Shown in pieces: positions 39,858-50,550 of a stretch of 64,000 nt of DNA (its first letter is position 1; the number at the start of each line of letters is the position of its first letter). The position numbers and the translations under genes are program-made. This DNA comes from a virus. The stretch spans positions 96,001 through 160,000 of IMG/VR virus record IMGVR_UViG_3300025015_000010; one strand, written 5' to 3'. The notes beneath the pieces were generated by a model that made no database searches, was not told the DNA's origin, and saw nothing but the letters and a program-made list of their open reading frames with translations.

Positions 39858-40166
39858 ATGGACCAACTAGAAATAGCCAAGCGATTAACAGTAGCTTTGC
39901 GAGCACTATCCAAGATTCCAGAGCCCGATCCACTTGCACTTGACTGGGATGTTGAGTTTTCTACCAGCAATGCTAAGCAGTACATCCGTCAAGCGCGCAG
40001 ACACATGGATCAAGCCACTTTAGATGAGGCCAGCAAACTAGCTGATAGTGTGCTAATTTCGACGGATTTAGCTGATGAGGTTATTCAGGCAGGTGCAGCA
40101 TTAATTGAAGAGTTAGGCAATTTGGTAGATAGATTGCGTGGCAACCAAGATCCTGAAAGGCCGTGA
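39858..40166 (+). CDS. hypothetical protein
   Basis: ORF in operon. Confidence 0.6.
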   Translation: MDQLEIAKRLTVALRALSKIPEPDPLALDWDVEFSTSNAKQYIRQARRHMDQATLDEASKLADSVLISTDLADEVIQAGAALIEELGNLVDRLRGNQDPERP

Positions 40167-40342
40167 TGTTAAAAGTTATCGGCTTCGATGATTAGAACTT
40201 CTTACTTAGTTCAGGGGATGGTTTTCAGTGCCGCAACAGCCTTTGTTATGTTGGCTCATAACTGGCCTGGATCAGCCGTAGGCGCAGCAATAGTATTTTA
40301 TAGCCTAGCAAAGTACCTAAGCCCAACTAAGTACGGTGACGA

Positions 40343-40891
40343 GTGAACATTTGGTTCAGTGCCGACTGGCATCTCGGGCATGCCAACATCATTAAGTACT
40401 GTAATCGGCCGTTTAAGTCGATACAGGAACATGATAATGCTCTAATTGCCAATATTAATGCGGTTGTAGACCAAGAAGATACTCTGTATTTTCTTGGCGA
40501 TTTCTGCATGAGCCGAGATTACAAGATTGTGGCTGAATATAGGCGAAGAATAAACTGTGCCGTTATAGTTATGCTCCTCGGTAATCACGATAGGATGTAT
40601 GCACCTGAGTACAGAAGCGTTGGATTTCTGTCAGAAGGTAGCCCATATTGCGAGCGCACAATAAACAACCAACGAATCACAATGTGCCACTATGCGATGC
40701 GCGTATGGAATCATTTGCATCACGGTTCGTGGCACTTGTATGGTCACTCACATGGTGGTTTGCCTGAAGATCCGGTAGCTAAGAGCATGGATGTGGGGAT
40801 CGATTGTCACCCTGAGTATCGGCCATTTAGTTACAGTGAGATCAAAATGAAGCTGGATAAGAAGCCGGGTTACTTGGTAGGTAGCAGGTGA
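40343..40891 (+). CDS. calcineurin-like metallophosphoesterase
   Basis: D.H.GH, LGDF, GNHD, GHSH motifs. Confidence 0.9.
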   Translation: MNIWFSADWHLGHANIIKYCNRPFKSIQEHDNALIANINAVVDQEDTLYFLGDFCMSRDYKIVAEYRRRINCAVIVMLLGNHDRMYAPEYRSVGFLSEGSPYCERTINNQRITMCHYAMRVWNHLHHGSWHLYGHSHGGLPEDPVAKSMDVGIDCHPEYRPFSYSEIKMKLDKKPGYLVGSR

Positions 40892-41250
40892 CCGAGATAG
40901 TAGGATATAAATTTCTTACTAAAGACGGTATCAAGGCGAGATCATTCTACGGAAATGTAGAGTGGTCTATGCCTCAAGGCGGTATTCCTGGTGAGTGGCA
41001 TAGGCATAATGGCAGTGTAGTTGTTTGTAAATCTGGATTTCATGCTTATAGTACGCTGTTTGGCTGTTTGAGACAATGTATTGTCAAGGATATTTTGTGT
41101 GTAGTCGAAGCCGGTGGAAATATTGATAGGCATGATGGTCTGTTTGCGGCATCAGAGATGCGCGTAATTAGAGCTTTCGATTTAACGAGCCTTGCTGCTA
41201 TTACGTCCATGATTCATGGAGTATGGGTTAATAGGTATATTGAATCCTAG
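40888..41250 (+). CDS. hypothetical protein (C..GFHA family)
   Basis: ORF in operon. Confidence 0.65.
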   Translation: MTEIVGYKFLTKDGIKARSFYGNVEWSMPQGGIPGEWHRHNGSVVVCKSGFHAYSTLFGCLRQCIVKDILCVVEAGGNIDRHDGLFAASEMRVIRAFDLTSLAAITSMIHGVWVNRYIES

Positions 41251-41585
41251 TGATATGGAATTTAGCCCAGAGTATGCGGCATGTGTACTGGCTATCGTCA
41301 GTCAAGGATACAATGCGGCATCAAGTATGATGCATAAAGTTAAGACGTCCAATTCTCGTGATAGTATTCTGTTAGATAAAGCTTGGCAGCAGGTCAGTGA
41401 AGAGGCACAGAAACTTGGTGACGTTGCAGTACATATGACTAATGAGCAGTTACGAGCACACACGCCTGTATTTCGAGGCGGCGAAATTAAGTGATCTTTA
41501 CATTAGGTAAGATATGGTGTCCAAGATGCGGACTGAGACTACTTACTATAAACTATCCGACATTGCATGGTAAGTTGCGCTTTGA

Positions 41586-42176
41586 TTGTCAGAATATGTG
41601 TCCAGTATTTTTTGTGAGGATTCGGTAATCGATACAAACTGGGTTGATAAAGAATGTAAGCGCGTCGAATATTTCACGCCTGAGAGTATTTTAGCCTGTA
41701 CTAGATATTACTTTGAAGGCCAGATTCCCTTAGATCCGGCAACAACTAGTACTAATCCTACAAAGGCAGAAAGGTTCTATACAATAGTAGATAATGGCCT
41801 AGTACAGCCGTGGTATCACGGTGTGTTTGTGAATCCGCCTTATGGCCGAGTAATCAGAGATTGGACAAAAAAAATCCGCGAAGCATCCGAACTAGGTACG
41901 CAGATTATAGCATTGTTACCGCGCGGCACCAGGTTTTCTACTCTATACTGGCAAGATAATATTTTAAGCAGTAGGCTTAATGCAGTCTGTTTTGTTCGTG
42001 GGCGAGTCAACTTTTTAGACGAACACGGTAACAAGATCACCCACATAGATAAGCACGGCAAGAAAAAATCGAGCGGGAATCCATATGACAGTGCGATCTA
42101 TGGTTATAATGTGTTTCAGGACAGGTTTGTTGAGGCTTTTGGCAAATTGGGAAAAGTTCTGAGGATCAGCATTTGA
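41586..42176 (+). CDS. phage DNA N6-adenine methyltransferase
   Basis: TP, LDPA, FVNPPY, GRV.F motifs; start uncertain. Confidence 0.8.
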   Translation: MSEYVSSIFCEDSVIDTNWVDKECKRVEYFTPESILACTRYYFEGQIPLDPATTSTNPTKAERFYTIVDNGLVQPWYHGVFVNPPYGRVIRDWTKKIREASELGTQIIALLPRGTRFSTLYWQDNILSSRLNAVCFVRGRVNFLDEHGNKITHIDKHGKKKSSGNPYDSAIYGYNVFQDRFVEAFGKLGKVLRISI

Positions 42177-42622
42177 AAAAAATTCTTTACATCGACATGG
42201 ATGGTGTACTGGCTGACTGGAATACTGCTATAAAGGCACTTCCACAGGAAACTCGTGATCGATATGCTGGTAAAATAGACGAACTTCACGGCCTGTTTGG
42301 TACACTGAAGCCTTTACCTGGAGCTATCGAGGCTTTTGAGTTGCTAGCCAGTGCCTTTGATGTCTACATCTTATCTACGCCGTCCTGGAATAATCCGAGT
42401 TCGTGGTCGGATAAACTACTGTGGGTTCAACAGTATCTAGGTAAAAATGCCGAAAAGCGGCTAATTTTATCGCATCGCAAAGACTTAAATCTTGGTGCCT
42501 TTTTGATCGATGATCGCTTAAAAAATGGCGCGGACAAATTTACAGGTGAGCATATTCATTTCGGCACAGCTAAGTTCCCAGGCTGGCCGAGTGTGATTAA
42601 CTATTTGCTGGAACGAGCATAG
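42173..42622 (+). CDS. 5'(3')-deoxyribonucleotidase (HAD)
   Basis: YIDMDGVL, K..WV, LIDD motifs. Confidence 0.9.
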   Translation: MKKILYIDMDGVLADWNTAIKALPQETRDRYAGKIDELHGLFGTLKPLPGAIEAFELLASAFDVYILSTPSWNNPSSWSDKLLWVQQYLGKNAEKRLILSHRKDLNLGAFLIDDRLKNGADKFTGEHIHFGTAKFPGWPSVINYLLERA

Positions 42623-42999
42623 TGGAACCAATTGGACATCAGATACTGGCAGTTTTGTACAATCATAGGATGAAAGATCCCAATGACATTAGTAACCCGG
42701 CTATGCCAGTGGAGGATCTATCCGAGCGAGTATCTAGATTTTTTACATCAGATTTAAATGCCTTAGTTGAACAAAATTTAGTTGAGTTTTGCGGCGGCGT
42801 TAGAATTACAGGTCTTGGCTGTGTATACTACTTGAATGGATTCAAATCATGAACAACGACGAAATAGTGGCCTGTGTCAATGCCTGGCAGAACAATCCAC
42901 ACGTGCATCCACTGACTTGCGGCACCGATTCAAATCATGTAGCATTGGTTCCAGAAATTCGAGATAACAACGTGATTCTGAAGTGCATAGATTGTTCGT

Positions 43000-43689
43000 T
43001 TGAGCAGTTGTGGATACCAGACTGTATCAAGCAAGAATTTGATTTTGATCTTTTTTGGCAGCAGTTTGAATTCGATGAGTGACGGGACACCGACTCAGTA
43101 CTATGATCGTTTTGTACTGAGGCCAGATTTTGGCATGTTGGAGATCGATTTTTTCTATAATGCCGTAGGAATGGCAGGTTCAACATATGCCGTCACAAAT
43201 TTGTTACGAAGCAGGCAATTGGAGTCAAATTTTATAGTCGATGGCATAGTATTACACTGTAATGACGAGTCCGTATGGTATGATTCTTGGTTTGATCTTT
43301 GTGTTAGAGATCGTCCTGTAGTTCGAGTTAACACACGAGTTAGCAGAATGACAGGGCGGGCGGACATTATGTATGATGATCGAGTCGTGATTAACGCAAA
43401 CGACACTTTTAGAGCCACGCTACGCTGGGCTAGTCCGAAAAGATCGATGAAGGAAGTTACTATTACAGCAGTAATCATAGGCAGGTCTTATTCAACAGAC
43501 AAGTACCAGCCAAATGTCCTTAAGCCCGGAGTATTTGCTAGAGTTTTGATTGGCAGTGAGGTCGCTGACGCTGATTATTTGACTATGCAAAGTGGTGCTG
43601 GCCGGGTTCAGCAGGTAGACGTCGGAGTACGTAAGTCGTCTCAGACAGTAGTTTCAGGTCCATCACGCAAATTTAACTTCGAGGAGTAG
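43000..43689 (+). CDS. hypothetical protein
   Basis: likely start MSDGTP near 43075. Confidence 0.6.
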   Translation: MSSCGYQTVSSKNLILIFFGSSLNSMSDGTPTQYYDRFVLRPDFGMLEIDFFYNAVGMAGSTYAVTNLLRSRQLESNFIVDGIVLHCNDESVWYDSWFDLCVRDRPVVRVNTRVSRMTGRADIMYDDRVVINANDTFRATLRWASPKRSMKEVTITAVIIGRSYSTDKYQPNVLKPGVFARVLIGSEVADADYLTMQSGAGRVQQVDVGVRKSSQTVVSGPSRKFNFEE

Positions 43690-44499
43690 ATGAAACCAGT
43701 TATCTTATTTCGTAAGGATCAAGACAGCGAGGAAGAATGTAAAATAGCCAGGAAGTATTTCGATGTTTATACCCAGCGCTGTGCCATTCCAGTAAATAGA
43801 CTGGTTATACCTAGGTACTCTGCGCTGCCATTTCATCAAGAGCTAGAAAATGACCTACTTATTGGATCTTCTAGGCTAATTAACACAACCGAGCAGCACA
43901 ACTGGATTGCTGATTTTGATTATTACGAGGACTTGAAGCAATTCACACCCGAGTCTTGGAATGATAATAATTTCTATCTATGTCGGTACCCAGGCCCGTT
44001 TGTAGTCAAAGGCAAGACCAACTCTAGGAAGTTTCAGTGGAATACAAAAATGTTTGCTCCGACCAAGGCAGATGCCATGCGCATAGCTGGCGATTTGTTA
44101 AGTGACGGTCAAATCTGTGATCAAGGTATCATATATCGTAAGTTTGAGCCACTAAATGTACTAGAAGTTGGTATCAATGATTTGCCATTTTCTAATGAGT
44201 GGCGGTTCTTTTTCTATAAGAATGTGTTACTGTCTAGTGGCTACTACTGGTCTTTAGCTGAGCATATCCCAAAAAGCCCGGACAAAGCCTGTGTTGCATT
44301 TGCTCAGCAAGTAGCTAGCGTGGCCAAGGATCATGTAAACTTCTTTGTGCTAGATATTGCCGAGACTTTAGACGGTCGATGGATTTTGATCGAAGTTAAT
44401 GACGGAACGATGTCAGGGCTGTCTGAGAACGATCCTGATGAGTTATATGGCAGCCTGAGAACGGCGTTGGAGTACGAGGTAATCAGTGACCGCCCCTAA
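43690..44499 (+). CDS. ATP-grasp domain protein
   Basis: FVVK, NEWRFF, LDIA....G.W..IEVNDG motifs. Confidence 0.8.
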   Translation: MKPVILFRKDQDSEEECKIARKYFDVYTQRCAIPVNRLVIPRYSALPFHQELENDLLIGSSRLINTTEQHNWIADFDYYEDLKQFTPESWNDNNFYLCRYPGPFVVKGKTNSRKFQWNTKMFAPTKADAMRIAGDLLSDGQICDQGIIYRKFEPLNVLEVGINDLPFSNEWRFFFYKNVLLSSGYYWSLAEHIPKSPDKACVAFAQQVASVAKDHVNFFVLDIAETLDGRWILIEVNDGTMSGLSENDPDELYGSLRTALEYEVISDRP

Positions 44500-44941
44500 A
44501 CCCATCACATTTTCAACTGACTGGTTGGTACGTACGCAGAGATTAGTTCCTCTAGATACATACCTAGAACAGCAGTCAACTTATATTGGTGCATCAGGTA
44601 CTGAAGCCTATTATGATACCCTGAACAGTGGCGGTTCGGAGAAGGAAGCACAGAAAAATGCCAAGGCCGTTAGAGAGGTAAGAACAAAGAGTGCAGTCGC
44701 AGATTGGCTAGATTCTGTAAAGATAGACATAGAGTCTGTTTACTCTAGATATGGGATTAGAGTCGATTATATTGATAGGTATGCTACACGAGTGCTCCCA
44801 GTAACTACTTGGGTTGACGCCGCTGATTTAGTTAGATTGGCTGAAGCAGAGACAGGCAGCACGTTGATGGCATTGGACGAGTATATTGAGTATCACGGTA
44901 CCGCACGTAAAGCTGTGCAGAATTGGCTACGATCACTGTGA
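44486..44941 (+). CDS. hypothetical protein
   Basis: ORF in operon. Confidence 0.6.
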   Translation: MTAPKPITFSTDWLVRTQRLVPLDTYLEQQSTYIGASGTEAYYDTLNSGGSEKEAQKNAKAVREVRTKSAVADWLDSVKIDIESVYSRYGIRVDYIDRYATRVLPVTTWVDAADLVRLAEAETGSTLMALDEYIEYHGTARKAVQNWLRSL

Positions 44942-45504
44942 GTCATCCAAAATTTTGCGTCTCAAACAGTTTCTTTGATAAATACATGTGTGGGCAGTGC
45001 TCAGCGTTTGCATTAGCTCTGCACGAGGTTTACGGGTTACAAATCGAAACGATTTTTGATCCTTACAGTGAAACAGGCCACTTTTACGTGCTTGTCGATG
45101 CCGAGCACGTTTTAGACTGTCGCGGTTTGATGCCCAAGAGTGACATTATCAAGGATTTTGGTTCATCTGAGGCGGTGTTTACGAGATTCAAGACCTACGC
45201 CGAGGCCGAAAATGAGGCCATGAGTTGGCTAGCTTCGAGGCTGGATTTTACGTCGGCTCAGCAGGCTGTAACACAGGCTAAACAGATAGTGCAGAATAAT
45301 CTCTGGCTTTACTCGCCAAAACCAGAAATCACAGGATGTGACTTCAAGGCACTATTTGATATTTCTGACTCAGGGTATGCACACGATTTTAGCCAAGAAG
45401 AAGTTGATAGTTTAGTACAGAGAAAGTACGTTAAGTATCGGCGATCAGGTAAATTAGTACTTCAGGTCAGGGGAAAAGAAGTACTACAGAAATTTAAGGC
45501 TTGA
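44923..45504 (+). CDS. hypothetical protein with papain/transglutaminase-like C-H-D pattern
   Basis: GQC.AFA.AL, H.YV, LD.RG. Confidence 0.5.
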   Translation: MATITVSHPKFCVSNSFFDKYMCGQCSAFALALHEVYGLQIETIFDPYSETGHFYVLVDAEHVLDCRGLMPKSDIIKDFGSSEAVFTRFKTYAEAENEAMSWLASRLDFTSAQQAVTQAKQIVQNNLWLYSPKPEITGCDFKALFDISDSGYAHDFSQEEVDSLVQRKYVKYRRSGKLVLQVRGKEVLQKFKA

Positions 45505-45535
45505 CTTCAGATGCCGAGAAATGTATAATGTTCAC

Positions 45536-45683
45536 ATGTACGGTCTAGTGTAGTGAGGAAACTCATACCTGAGCGTCTGGTGTCAGAACGGGATTCGGCT
45601 CCACCCCGAAGACAAGTGATCCTGAGGCCGCGAAAGTCGCCCAAGAGCAAGTATCAGGTACTTCTGGCTGCTAGACTGTGCAT
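45536..45683 (+). ncRNA. candidate structured ncRNA (about 150 nt)
   Basis: starts just after TTGACT-17-TATAAT (45501-45529); 13-bp terminal stem with plus-strand G-U pairs; GAAA loop. Confidence 0.55.
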
Positions 45684-46077
45684 TTAGCTCTAGGCAGAAA
45701 AGAGGATAAAAAATGGAATTCTTCGCTAGCTTGTCTTGGCCAGGTGCAGTGGCATTTTCGTGTATGTGTTTTGCAATCGCGTGGGTGCTGATTAAGTTTT
45801 TTGATTAGAAAGGATTAGATGATGAGCGAAGCTATGGATGCAATTCCTCAGTGGGTCGAAGCCTTAGAAAAGTTAGGGCTGCCAGTAGAAGCTAATATGG
45901 CTGATCTATTGAACAGAGCCATTATAGCCAACGGAGATGACTTAGCTTTCCTTAGGTTATTATCTACTTGGTCAGTGGCTCGGCGAGCCATGCGGGCGGC
46001 TGAATGGTATAGAAAGGCTGTAATCGTACCTGTGGCCGATCCGGGCGAAGTTAGTACGGTCAACCAGGAGCAAATTT

Positions 46078-46416
46078 ATGCAGAAGCCTAGAGAGTTAAC
46101 CACAGACGAGGTTCGCGATAATTTGCTTCGTCAGGTCTGGAGATTGATAGATTACTGGGATAGGAACGCACCCAAGCGAGACACTTATGGTAAATTGTCC
46201 GGACTGGCATTTTCTATTTTGGCCATGCTGGACGGCGCGGAGATTGATATACCACTTTTTATCGTCGCACCACGTCCTCACGAAGCAGACCAGTCTTATC
46301 ATGAGCAGCGCGAAGAGAATTGGTATCCATATAACGACCCTAGCAGCGTGAAAGGCGATGTGGCGGGTAGTTTGCATGAGTTGTTCCATAAGTTTAATCC
46401 TAGAAAGGATGGTTAA
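46078..46416 (+). CDS. hypothetical protein
   Basis: AGGAG RBS. Confidence 0.7.
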   Translation: MQKPRELTTDEVRDNLLRQVWRLIDYWDRNAPKRDTYGKLSGLAFSILAMLDGAEIDIPLFIVAPRPHEADQSYHEQREENWYPYNDPSSVKGDVAGSLHELFHKFNPRKDG

Positions 46417-46812
46417 TTATGAGCACTCGCATGTTGGCAGATTTTATTGCCGATACTGGTAATTCGCACAGTAGTGATTTAAGTTTGATCGCAAATCAGT
46501 TGGACACATGGGCGACTGATTCAAAGGTTGGTGGGTGGTCTACGCATCAAGTTGAGCCTATGCGAAAGTTGGCGGACAGTTTGCGTAGAAAAGCCAGCCA
46601 ACTGTGAATAACGCCCTCAAAATCAGAGCATTGACTAGAAACCTAGATACTCTAGGTGCAGCTTATTTGCCACACGATAAGTCTGCGGACTATCTTGACA
46701 TCGTGGCCCACATGACAAAATATTGTAGTAAATATAGCCTAGGCCTAGCTCATTATGATAATTGGCGCGGATCTGGGTATGTTTTCTTTGATATCAATAA
46801 AGTCGGTATTGT

Positions 46813-47481
46813 ATGATTAAAATTCCAGCATCTGATAAACAGTATGTAGAAGACATTATCGAGAGCGTAACATCTGAAGCTAGGAGTTGGACACTACATT
46901 TTGGCTGGTGTCTGTGGGTACAAAAGAATGACGATTTGCCAGATTTCGAGCCTAAGGCTGGGGATACGTTACGCTGCTACGGCAAGGGCCTAGGATTCTC
47001 TGTTCGCGGCATAGAAATCTTGCAAGGTGGTAAGTCTTATGTGCTGAGATATCAGACTGAAGCTGAAGCAGAGGCCACACCGGGACGATGGTTGGCTGAA
47101 GCCAATATTAGTAATGATCCAAAAACATTGTTCTCAGTGGATTCAACATCCGAACATGTATGTGAGCAATGCGGATGCGGATCTAACGGTTCTGTAATTT
47201 CAGACTCTTTCAGGACAAAAGCAGACGCAGATCTGGTCGTTTTTCTTCACAATAATGCTCTTGAGTTGTTTGATGGCGAGGAGTCGCCTGTGGAACATGG
47301 TACTATACTGGCAGATCGTTCAGCGGTAGAGGTCATGAACGGACACTGTCCAGACTGCGGCGAAAATGTGTACCATTATGGAAATGGACGCAGATGTAGG
47401 GCGTGTTTAACCGTATACACCCCGTCTATACACTTGGGCGAACTCGTGATGTTAACTTCCGGAAGACAGATCAGTCCTTAG
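46813..47481 (+). CDS. hypothetical protein, possibly chimeric
   Basis: abrupt switch at EAEA-TPGRW to a different phage small-protein pattern. Confidence 0.55.
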   Translation: MIKIPASDKQYVEDIIESVTSEARSWTLHFGWCLWVQKNDDLPDFEPKAGDTLRCYGKGLGFSVRGIEILQGGKSYVLRYQTEAEAEATPGRWLAEANISNDPKTLFSVDSTSEHVCEQCGCGSNGSVISDSFRTKADADLVVFLHNNALELFDGEESPVEHGTILADRSAVEVMNGHCPDCGENVYHYGNGRRCRACLTVYTPSIHLGELVMLTSGRQISP

Positions 47482-48047
47482 AAATGATATTGTTTAAATT
47501 GTGTTTAGTTACGATGCTTGGCTGCTCGCTCCAGGCTCAGGTCTACACGCCCCAAAACAACAGACATATTCTTTGGAAAATTCTTGAGAACCGTATTCGT
47601 GTAGACGGTTTAAGGCTGCTCCAACGGCAAACACAGTTTGACTATGGACATAGCTTGTACGAGCCGATGTTACCAGAGGTCAGAATTTTGCCAACTAGCA
47701 GGTTTGGTGGCAGGCTAAGTACCTTGAATAGGCCGTCAGACATGCTAATTGACAATAGGTTTTTGACTATTGACGACGCCCTGAAAATTAGAGTGAGCCT
47801 TCATGATATTTTAAGGATTACTTCGGATAGTCCCGATCAGGAACGAAATTCCGGCCAAAAACACGAGCCTTGGTGGAAGAAAATCAAAGTAGACACGAGC
47901 ACAGATATGAAGTTAAGTACAGACATGGTTAGAAGTTACAAGCTAAGATTTCGGTATTTATTTGGGCCTAGCGAGCTATATCTAGGTTTTAATTATTTTC
48001 CCGTTCGGGACAACGAGGTAGTAGCTGGATTTTCATTGACTTTCTAG
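47403..48047 (+). CDS. secreted hypothetical protein
   Basis: likely start MILFKL with signal peptide; ends in aromatic beta-signal-like FSLTF. Confidence 0.6.
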   Translation: MFNRIHPVYTLGRTRDVNFRKTDQSLEMILFKLCLVTMLGCSLQAQVYTPQNNRHILWKILENRIRVDGLRLLQRQTQFDYGHSLYEPMLPEVRILPTSRFGGRLSTLNRPSDMLIDNRFLTIDDALKIRVSLHDILRITSDSPDQERNSGQKHEPWWKKIKVDTSTDMKLSTDMVRSYKLRFRYLFGPSELYLGFNYFPVRDNEVVAGFSLTF

Positions 48048-48730
48048 TTTGGTATGTTATGATGTGGGTGTCTTAAAAACCGTTAAGCCCTTAGAAAGGA
48101 CATGGCACATGGAACCGCACATGAGACGTAGAATGGTCCAGGAACTTAGTCGAAGCCTTGATCGTCCTGTTAGCTCAGACGGAGATCAGGAGTGGGTCGA
48201 ACCGAGATTGGCTAAGGACGAGGTAGAGTATCTTATTGGAATGTTGCAAAGTACAGACGTAAAATTCATGCATGAAGATATTTTGGGTCGATTGTTCTTT
48301 GTGTAGGCCCTAGGATTATGCACGGATGGTTTGGAGGATAGTCATGTCTCGGATGAAGAAGTTTGCCGCTTTGATCAAGTTTAGTCACGAGTCTTCTCGT
48401 GGGTACGATCATTACGAGATTTTCGACTATGATATTGTTGCCCAAAATTTGGAGTCGGCCACAAATAAGGCTAGTCTCATCAAGTGTATAGGTCGCCAGT
48501 TTGACAGCATTGTTGAAATAAAGGAAGTTTGATTATGGAACATACAATTAGTAGCATCGATTTTCGTAAGTGGACCCGACAAGAGGTTATTGCGATTCTC
48601 AGGACAGCCAAGGATCGTAGGTATGATCCGCTTGTTCAATGGATAGCCGAGTCCGTCGAGTATGATAACATGTCTTATGCCATTCGGTGTGATATTGCCA
48701 AGTCAGAAACTAGAGTAAAGGTGTTAAGCA

Positions 48731-49258
48731 ATGGCTAAGTCCAAGGTATCGAATTGTTGTTTTGAACTGCGACTGGGCTCTGATGAGTCTATGTCAAATG
48801 CCTGCTTGTTGATTAACAATCCAGCCTATGTAGATAGCATCGAGGATGCCCTGGCTCATTTCGGTAATTGTCTCAAGACCGTGATTGAGCATGACGGTTT
48901 CTCTGGTAAAGATTGCTGTGGCGAAATAAAAAAGCGGGTTAAGGATAATTTCTGTTCGGTATGTGGGCGCAGATTTGAGTCCATGGACGTTTTTGATCAA
49001 GTTTGCAAACTAGTTCAATCTTTGTTTACATCTTCCAGCGTAGATTTAGGCCCCAACTGGGAGATTGTTATGCATAACGGCTGGGATGTTGGGGCACGGA
49101 ATGTTTCTGGGAAAGACTGGGAAAATCGTAGAATTGTTAGCAATGCCGATTTAGTGATAGCTTCGATTCTTGCAGATAGGCTGGATATCAAGGTAGACGA
49201 TGTTGATTACCTGGATTCGGACATGAGAAAAGGATGTATCGAGAGGGCTGGAGCGTGA
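48731..49258 (+). CDS. hypothetical Zn-binding protein
   Basis: CC...FCSVCG. Confidence 0.65.
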   Translation: MAKSKVSNCCFELRLGSDESMSNACLLINNPAYVDSIEDALAHFGNCLKTVIEHDGFSGKDCCGEIKKRVKDNFCSVCGRRFESMDVFDQVCKLVQSLFTSSSVDLGPNWEIVMHNGWDVGARNVSGKDWENRRIVSNADLVIASILADRLDIKVDDVDYLDSDMRKGCIERAGA

Positions 49259-49800
49259 TGGAAACTCAAACGACTTATGCAGAGGTAACTAGGGATTATC
49301 CGAAGGCCGTGGACGCTATCATGGCCAAACTGCGTAGTGGCACATCAAAGGAGAAGTCTGCTAGTCCGGAAGACCTAGAATGGTCTTATAGTTACGGGAT
49401 CGCAGTACAGTCGCAGTCATTTCAAGATATGTTGTCAAATATAGGTAAGCCTAGAGCACCGAAGAAGGTCACGCCCGAAGAGGCCGTAGACGCTATGGGC
49501 TTTGTTGTGTCGTTGCGAGGTAAGATTCGTCGTTGGTGGGCCTGGGAGGTGGTTACAGGTGTTCCTAAGGTCATTAGAGATTATCAGATTGGATTAGAGC
49601 GTAAGGCTAGAACAAAGCAAGCAACTTTTGATGCATTGCCAGACAGCGAAAAGCAGAAACAAACCGACGACGTTATCAGTAAGCTTTTTGGCATGGGCGG
49701 ATTTGCCGCTTTTAATATTGCTCCTGTGCCGTCTGTTAAGCAAAAATTAACTATCACGGTTCAGCCTAAGTTCAAGAAGAAATTTGATTTCGATGAGTAG
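49234..49800 (+). CDS. hypothetical protein
   Basis: ORF in operon. Confidence 0.65.
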   Translation: MYREGWSVMETQTTYAEVTRDYPKAVDAIMAKLRSGTSKEKSASPEDLEWSYSYGIAVQSQSFQDMLSNIGKPRAPKKVTPEEAVDAMGFVVSLRGKIRRWWAWEVVTGVPKVIRDYQIGLERKARTKQATFDALPDSEKQKQTDDVISKLFGMGGFAAFNIAPVPSVKQKLTITVQPKFKKKFDFDE

Positions 49801-50193
49801 TTAAATACAAAAGGAAGTGGTTATGCTAGTCCAGTCTCTGCGAGCCACCCAATTCGGAATTAGACTGGCAGCTTACATCGTCAGAGGCTAGGATAGCTGA
49901 AATGCTATTAGATACTACACGAAAATCGGAGGCTCGGTGTGCTGGAATGCGCATCTCGTGAAAAAGTCTTGCATATCGCAGCGGCGCTATGGAACTTCGA
50001 GCCCCCCCCTGTTAAAATGAGAACTTACTGGTGCGGAGAGGGTGTGTTTGATGAGCGATTTTGTACCAACCGAAGAATATAAGTCTCTTGTTAAGCAGAT
50101 ACTTGATGTCAAAAAAACACTGATTTGGACGTCAATATTGGTGTATAGTTCTATCGCCAGCATGTTCGTATTTATGGCCTGGAGTAGGATTCA

Positions 50194-50457
50194 ATGTCAG
50201 TGACCCACTGGAATTATCGTGTTATTAAGCGTATCTACGATACAGGCGAAGCTTACGATATAGGTGAAGCTTACTACACAATTTGCGAAGTGTTCTACGA
50301 CGAGGGCGGTAGTGTAAACCTGTATTCAGGACCGAAAAGCCCTCGTGGCGAGACACTCGATGATCTCAAAGAAAATCTATCATTTATGCAGATAGCTCTG
50401 AATAAACCTGTGTTAGATGAAAAGGACTTGACGGCATCCGATGAAAAGACAGCCTAA
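50194..50457 (+). CDS. phage hypothetical protein (WNYRV family)
   Basis: WNYRV...EV.YD...A..KPVL pattern. Confidence 0.7.
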   Translation: MSVTHWNYRVIKRIYDTGEAYDIGEAYYTICEVFYDEGGSVNLYSGPKSPRGETLDDLKENLSFMQIALNKPVLDEKDLTASDEKTA

Positions 50458-50550
50458 AGATATCTGGTCAGAAATCAAGTGGTATTACGGTAAGCGCATA
50501 GCGCTAGCCGTCTTGGTTATTTTTGCACTTGGATTTATGGCAGGTAAAGC

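Noticed and set aside
50239-50274. 18-bp tandem duplication (DTGEAY DIGEAY) and the 12-bp tandem near 37110
   Set aside because: Ordinary in-frame slippage duplications
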